This document shows positions 59,466-64,000 of a stretch of DNA of 64,000 bases, piece by piece. The stretch lies in sequence record NZ_LR134454.1, one strand, 5' to 3'. The notes below the pieces were generated by a model that was given only the letters and a program-made list of their open reading frames with translations, was not told the DNA's origin and made no database searches. The DNA comes from a plasmid. Position 1 is the first letter of the stretch. Each line of letters starts with the position of its first letter. The position numbers and the translations under genes were made by a program.

Positions 59466-59536
59466 GGCGTCGACGCTAGGGCCGCGCGGTCCATTAGCGC
59501 CAATACGAAAAGGCGATCACCCATTAGAATCACTTC

Positions 59537-60409
59537 ATGCTGAGCGGGCACCACCTGGAGACCCTCGTCGCGGTGGTCGAGGAGGAGAGCTTCGGCGCGG
59601 CGGCGGCGCGCCTGCGCGTCACCCAGTCGGCGGTCAGCCAGCGGATCCGGGCGCTGGAACAGCAGGTGGGCCACGTGGTCGTCACCCGCGAGGGCCCGTG
59701 CCGCCCCACCGCGCAGGGCGAGGAGCTGCTGGGTCTCGCCCGCGGCGTCGCCTCGCTCGAGGCCGATGCGCTGGGCCGGCTCGCGGGCGGGGCGCCGTCG
59801 GCCGTGCTCGACGTGGGCGTGAACGCGGACTCCCTCGCCACCTGGTTCCGCGACGTGATCGCCGCCGTCGCCGCCCTGCCCGACGGTCCGCTGCTGCGCC
59901 TCGTCGTCGACGACGAGCACCACACCGCGGACCTGCTGCGCGCGGGCTCGGTCCTCGGGGCCATCACCACCGACCCGGAACCGGTGCAGGGCTGCGCCGT
60001 CGAGTACCTCGGCACCATGCGCTACGTGCCGGTGTGTACGCCCGGCTACGCGGAGCGATGGCGCGCCGGCGGGCGCTGGCGCTGGCGGGAGATGCCCGTC
60101 GTGCAGTTCGACCTGCGCAAGGACGAGCTGCAGACCAAGGTGCTCCACCGCCGCGGCATCCGGGAGTCGCCGCCGATGCACCGCATCCCGTCGTCCGAGG
60201 CCTTCACCTACGCCGTCCGCGCCGGCCTGGGCTGGGGCAGCCTGCCCGAGGCCGACCTCGGCGACGCCCTCGACCGCGGCGCGCTCATCCGGCTCACGGA
60301 CGACACCGTCGACGTGAAGCTGTACTGGCAGTCCTGGCGGCTGCACACCCGGGCCACGGAGCGTCTCGCCGATGCGATCCACGCCGCGGCCGCCGTCCAC
60401 CTGCGCTGA
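59537..60409 (+). CDS. lysG: LysR-family regulator (ArgP/LysG type)
   Basis: HTH (LETLVAVVEEESFGAAAARLRVTQSAVSQRIRALE). Divergent from lysE. Confidence 0.8.
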   Translation: MLSGHHLETLVAVVEEESFGAAAARLRVTQSAVSQRIRALEQQVGHVVVTREGPCRPTAQGEELLGLARGVASLEADALGRLAGGAPSAVLDVGVNADSLATWFRDVIAAVAALPDGPLLRLVVDDEHHTADLLRAGSVLGAITTDPEPVQGCAVEYLGTMRYVPVCTPGYAERWRAGGRWRWREMPVVQFDLRKDELQTKVLHRRGIRESPPMHRIPSSEAFTYAVRAGLGWGSLPEADLGDALDRGALIRLTDDTVDVKLYWQSWRLHTRATERLADAIHAAAAVHLR

Positions 60410-60449
60410 TTCCTCGCGGACTCCCCGGAGCGCGAGTACGTTGGCGCTC

Positions 60450-61937
60450 ATGCCGGATCACCCAGCGCCGCACCCCCTCCGCACGCTCCACGAGGGCCTC
60501 AGCGACCTCGATCGCCGGCTGTTCGACGCCGTGGCCGAATCGCCCAGCCCGCTGCTCGACCTCACCATGCGGCCGCTGTCGGCGGCCGCCGACCACTCGA
60601 AGCTGTGGATGGTGATCGCCGCGGGCCTCGGCGGCCTCGGCGGGCTGTCGTCGCGCCGGGGCGCCGTCCGCGGCGTGGCCTCGCTCGCGGTGACGAGCCT
60701 GATCGTCAACCAGGGGCTCAAGCGGATCTATCCGCGCCGCCGCCCCGTCCACGACGGGGTGCCGGTCAAGCGGGCCCGCCGCCAGCCCACGTCGACGTCC
60801 TTCCCGTCCGGACACTCCGCGGCCGCGGCGGCCTTCGCGATCGGGGTGGGGCTGGAGAACCGCACCGCCGGGTACGCCCTCGCGGGACTGGCCGGGGCGG
60901 TGGGCTTCTCCCGGGTCGCCACGGGCGCGCACTACCCCGGCGACGTGCTGGCCGGGTTCGCCGTCGGCGCGGGCGTCGCGGTCGCGGGCGCCCGGCTCGT
61001 GCCGCCCGTCGACGACAGCCGCACCATGACGCCGGAGCCCACCGTCGAACGGATCACGACGGATCCGGACGGCGCCGGCCTCGTCGTCGTGCTCAATCCC
61101 GCGTCCGGCGACGGCACCGGCACCCGCGTCGCGGAGGAGATCCGCAGCGCCCTGCCGAAGGCCGAGATCATCGAGCTGGACGAGGATTCCGACATCGAGG
61201 CCGTGGCCACCGAGGCAGCCGGCCGGGCGGAACATCTCGGCGTCGCGGGTGGCGACGGCACCGTCGCGACCCTCGCCGCGCACGCCGTCGCGGCGGGCAA
61301 GCCCCTCGCGGTCTTCCCTGCGGGCACCTTCAACCACTTCGCGAAGGACATCGGCGCCGAGACCGTCGCCGCCGTCGTGGAGTCGATCCGGGCCGGGCGA
61401 CTGGCGCACGTCGACGTGGTGTGGCTCAACGACGAGAAGCTGCTGCTCAACACGGCGAGCATCGGTGCGTACCCGGAATTCGTGCGCGCCCGCACCCGCT
61501 ACCAGCGGCGGCGCATCGGCCGCGTCACGGCGACGGTGCGCGCGCTGCGCCGGGTGCTCCGCCACACGGCCCCGGTGGCGGTGCGGATCGAGGGCCGGCC
61601 GGTCACCGTCTCCTTCTTCTTCCTCGGCAACTCCATGTACGGCGCACCGGGTTTCGTGCCGGGGCGGCGCACGCGGATCGACGACGGCGTGCTCGACGTG
61701 CGGTACCTCGAGGACGGGCACGGCAACGCCACGGCCCGCCTGTTCGGGTCGTGGCTCAGCGGCCGGATCCGCAACTCCAAGGTCTACCGGGAGTTGCAGG
61801 CCCCCGTCGTCACCCTCGAGGCCGACGAGCCCTTCCGCGTGGCCCACGACGGCGAGGCGGGGGAACTGCACACGCGCGCCCGGTTCCGGGTCGACTACCG
61901 CGCCCTGCGCGTCTTCGGGACCAGCCTCACGCGCTGA
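60450..61937 (+). CDS. bifunctional PAP2 phosphatase / diacylglycerol-kinase catalytic-domain (DAGK_cat) protein
   Basis: PAP2 motifs (KRIYPRRRP, SFPSGHS, GAHYPGDV) followed by a lipid-kinase domain (VVLNPASGDGTG, GVAGGDGTV). Start at ATG 60450. Confidence 0.75.
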   Translation: MPDHPAPHPLRTLHEGLSDLDRRLFDAVAESPSPLLDLTMRPLSAAADHSKLWMVIAAGLGGLGGLSSRRGAVRGVASLAVTSLIVNQGLKRIYPRRRPVHDGVPVKRARRQPTSTSFPSGHSAAAAAFAIGVGLENRTAGYALAGLAGAVGFSRVATGAHYPGDVLAGFAVGAGVAVAGARLVPPVDDSRTMTPEPTVERITTDPDGAGLVVVLNPASGDGTGTRVAEEIRSALPKAEIIELDEDSDIEAVATEAAGRAEHLGVAGGDGTVATLAAHAVAAGKPLAVFPAGTFNHFAKDIGAETVAAVVESIRAGRLAHVDVVWLNDEKLLLNTASIGAYPEFVRARTRYQRRRIGRVTATVRALRRVLRHTAPVAVRIEGRPVTVSFFFLGNSMYGAPGFVPGRRTRIDDGVLDVRYLEDGHGNATARLFGSWLSGRIRNSKVYRELQAPVVTLEADEPFRVAHDGEAGELHTRARFRVDYRALRVFGTSLTR

Positions 61938-61947
61938 CTCGCACGGC

Positions 61948-62775
61948 TCAGGAGACACCCAGCAGCGTCATCTCGTTCGCCTCGATGTCCGCGGCGATGA
62001 GCGTGCCCGTGCCGCCGCCGGTCCCGGTGCCGTCGGTGCGGGTGTGGACCGTGTTGATCACGCCGACGGCGGTGAACGACCCGTCCGGCCAGCGGGCGTA
62101 GACGGGCCCGCCCGAGTCCCCCTCGACGGCGGGGATTCCGGCCCAGGTGACGCGGGTGCCCGAGACGTCGTCGAGCACGCCGCAATGCCGGCCGGTGCGG
62201 GCGCCGACGACGCAGATCTCGGGCCGCCCCGCGCGCAGCTCCTCGGTGCTGCTGACGCCGCGGACGGGGCCGATCGACCGCGCGATCGGCGCGACGTCGG
62301 CGCCCACCACCTGGATGATCGCGATGTCCTGCCCGCGGGTGCTGCGGGTGGCCTTGATGTACTCACCGAACGGCGTGCTGCCGCCGCCGGACGTGAGGTA
62401 CCGGGCGACGGGACTGCGCCCCGGCCGCGCCTTCCCCGCCAGCTCGGCGCAGTGCCCGGCGGTGAAGGCCACGACCTCACCGCCGGGGTAGCGGGCCAGG
62501 AAGCCCAACGTGCAGACGCTCGCGTAGACGCCGAACGAGTCGGCGTAGGTGGTGATCCCGGCGCCGGTCGTGGGCTTCGGCGCCGTCGCGGGCTTCAGGT
62601 CCGGCGCCACCACGTCGTAGGGCTGCACGACGGGCGTCGTCACCGCCACGGTCGACGTGCTCGGCGGCGCTTCGGGCGCGGCGACCTCGTCCCGCTGGAT
62701 CACCGCGCACCCGCCGAGCAGCGCGACGGCGAGCGCGCACGCCGCGGCCCGCAGCGGGCGTCGGGCGGCGGTCAT
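61948..62775 (-). CDS. S1 (chymotrypsin-fold) serine peptidase lipoprotein
   Basis: Lipobox LLGGCAV. His (TAGHC), Asp (DIAII) and Ser (GDSGGPV) catalytic triad. Confidence 0.75.
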   Translation of the reverse strand: MTAARRPLRAAACALAVALLGGCAVIQRDEVAAPEAPPSTSTVAVTTPVVQPYDVVAPDLKPATAPKPTTGAGITTYADSFGVYASVCTLGFLARYPGGEVVAFTAGHCAELAGKARPGRSPVARYLTSGGGSTPFGEYIKATRSTRGQDIAIIQVVGADVAPIARSIGPVRGVSSTEELRAGRPEICVVGARTGRHCGVLDDVSGTRVTWAGIPAVEGDSGGPVYARWPDGSFTAVGVINTVHTRTDGTGTGGGTGTLIAADIEANEMTLLGVS

Positions 62776-62792
62776 CGACTCAGCGTAGGGCG

Positions 62793-63650
62793 TCAGGCGC
62801 GCGAGCGGATGGCCTCGGTGACGGCGGAGATCGCCAGCGCGCGCACCACGTCGACCTTCGCGTCGACGGCACCGGTCGCGGCGGAGATGAAGGCGTCGCC
62901 GTCGAAACGCGTGTGCGGCGGGTCGATAGCGCGGGCGAGGCCGTCGTGCGCGCCCTGCGCGAGGATCAGGCACTCGACCTTGGTGAGCTTCGCGTTGGTG
63001 ATCACCACGCCGATGGTGGTGTTCTGCCGATTGCCGCCGAAGGGCTCGTAGCCGCCGAAGTCGGGGGTCCCGGCCTCGCCGGTGAGGATCTCGCCGAAGG
63101 CGTTCACGGCGCACAGCGCGCCCACGACGATGTCGCCCGCGCGGACCTCGGCGTAGGCGAGGCCGGCGTCGTGCAGGTTCTCCAGTCCGCGGGCCTTGCC
63201 CGTGGTGGCGCCGGTGCCGGCGCCGATGAGGCCGTGCAGCTCGGCGTCGGCGCTCGCGGAAGCCGCTGCCGCGTAGCCGTTCTCGGCGGTCGGGCGGACC
63301 GTCGGATCGCCGACCATGAGGTCGAACAGGCCCAGGGTGGGGACGATGGGCACGCGGCCGGCGACGGTCTCGACGCCCCGGCCCTCCTCCTCGAGGCGGC
63401 GCATCACCCCGTCGGCGCTGGCGAGGCCGAAGGCGGAGCCCCCGGTGAGCACGGCGGCGTGGATCTCCTCGACGGAGCGCTCGGGGGAGAGCAGGTCGAA
63501 CTCGCGGGAAGCGGGGGCGCCGCCGCGCACCTCCCCGGACCCGACGGTCCCGTCGGGGAAGGTCACGACGGTGCAGCCGGTGCGCGCGGCCGCGTCGGTG
63601 AAGTGGCCGACGCGGACGCCGGGGACGGTCACGCTCTGAACGACGGGCAT
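62793..63650 (-). CDS. P1/S58 family peptidase (DmpA/L-aminopeptidase D-Ala-esterase-like)
   Basis: DmpA/OAT fold signatures (TGCTVVTFPDG, TNAKLT autoprocessing-type motif). Confidence 0.75.
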   Translation of the reverse strand: MPVVQSVTVPGVRVGHFTDAAARTGCTVVTFPDGTVGSGEVRGGAPASREFDLLSPERSVEEIHAAVLTGGSAFGLASADGVMRRLEEEGRGVETVAGRVPIVPTLGLFDLMVGDPTVRPTAENGYAAAASASADAELHGLIGAGTGATTGKARGLENLHDAGLAYAEVRAGDIVVGALCAVNAFGEILTGEAGTPDFGGYEPFGGNRQNTTIGVVITNAKLTKVECLILAQGAHDGLARAIDPPHTRFDGDAFISAATGAVDAKVDVVRALAISAVTEAIRSRA

Positions 63651-63694
63651 GTCCCCAGGCTACGACGGTGCCGCCCGGCGCGGGTGCCGGCGGG

Positions 63695-63997
63695 TCAGGC
63701 GCGGGTGGGGGCGTACGCGGCCTCGTAGGCGGCGCGCGTCGCGTCGCGGCGCTCGGCCACGGCGGGGTTCTCCAGCTCGGGGTCGAGGCCGTTCTTCTCC
63801 AGCCGGCGGGCGCGATTGGGGCGCATGTAGGCGGCGTTGTAGAAGACGGCGAGCAGCGCGCCGAGCAGCACCGTGGCGCCGCGCAGCGCCAGCGGGCCGG
63901 GGAGCAGCATGAGCAGCGCGTACACCGGGAGCACCGCGAGCTGGCCGCGGATCAGGTGCCGGGCCGCCCAGGTGCGGCGGGTCAGGGTGCGGCGCAC
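63695..63997 (-). CDS. hypothetical two-TM membrane protein (start 3 nt from window edge, may be truncated)
   Basis: ORF with two hydrophobic helices. No recognisable domain. Confidence 0.35.
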   Translation of the reverse strand: MRRTLTRRTWAARHLIRGQLAVLPVYALLMLLPGPLALRGATVLLGALLAVFYNAAYMRPNRARRLEKNGLDPELENPAVAERRDATRAAYEAAYAPTRA

Positions 63998-64000
63998 CCA

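Overview
High-GC (~70%) chromosomal segment of a mycolic-acid actinobacterium (Corynebacteriales; Rhodococcus/Gordonia/Nocardia/Tsukamurella-like), gene order syntenic with the mycobacterial Rv3834c-Rv3799c region. It runs from serS (3' part) through a MerR/MBL-hydrolase pair, a roadblock + MBL-Rieske pair, plsC, a HAD hydrolase and a SpoIID/LGFP surface protein, into the arabinogalactan operon glf-glfT2-PAP2-ubiA-aftB, a chain of translationally coupled genes. It then covers the mycolate-condensation locus (LGFP mycolyltransferase, DUF732, two tandem cutinase paralogues, fadD32-pks13-accD4), two more mycolyltransferases, a PTS-fructose locus (ptsI / fruR-fruK-fruA-ptsH), pntAB, lysE/lysG, a PAP2-DAGK fusion and two peptidases. 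Lineage-specific insertions inside the conserved core are a GlcD-like FAD oxidase coupled to aftB, a GAF-GGDEF cyclase, an agmatine-deiminase-family Tat lipoprotein and LLM/F420 oxidoreductases. Two findings stand out as undescribed. (1) Two unrelated DUF559/AbiEi-type nuclease-fold genes are each bracketed by their own matched pair of long palindromes (7004-8018 and 57815-58855), which looks like hairpin-bounded selfish cassettes. (2) 9-bp-phased GTGAC/GTAACA/TTCACAGCG direct-repeat arrays lie upstream of the SpoIID-LGFP gene, the fadD32-pks13-accD4 operon and mycolyltransferase genes, a candidate MtrA-type cell-envelope regulon signature. Other items include a 92-bp minisatellite in a divergent promoter, a Cys-Cys uORF coupled to pntA, and a MerR operator/promoter. 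Coordinates follow the supplied ORF track. My manual base counts disagreed with it by 1 nt at a few loci, so non-ORF features carry +/-1-2 nt uncertainty.
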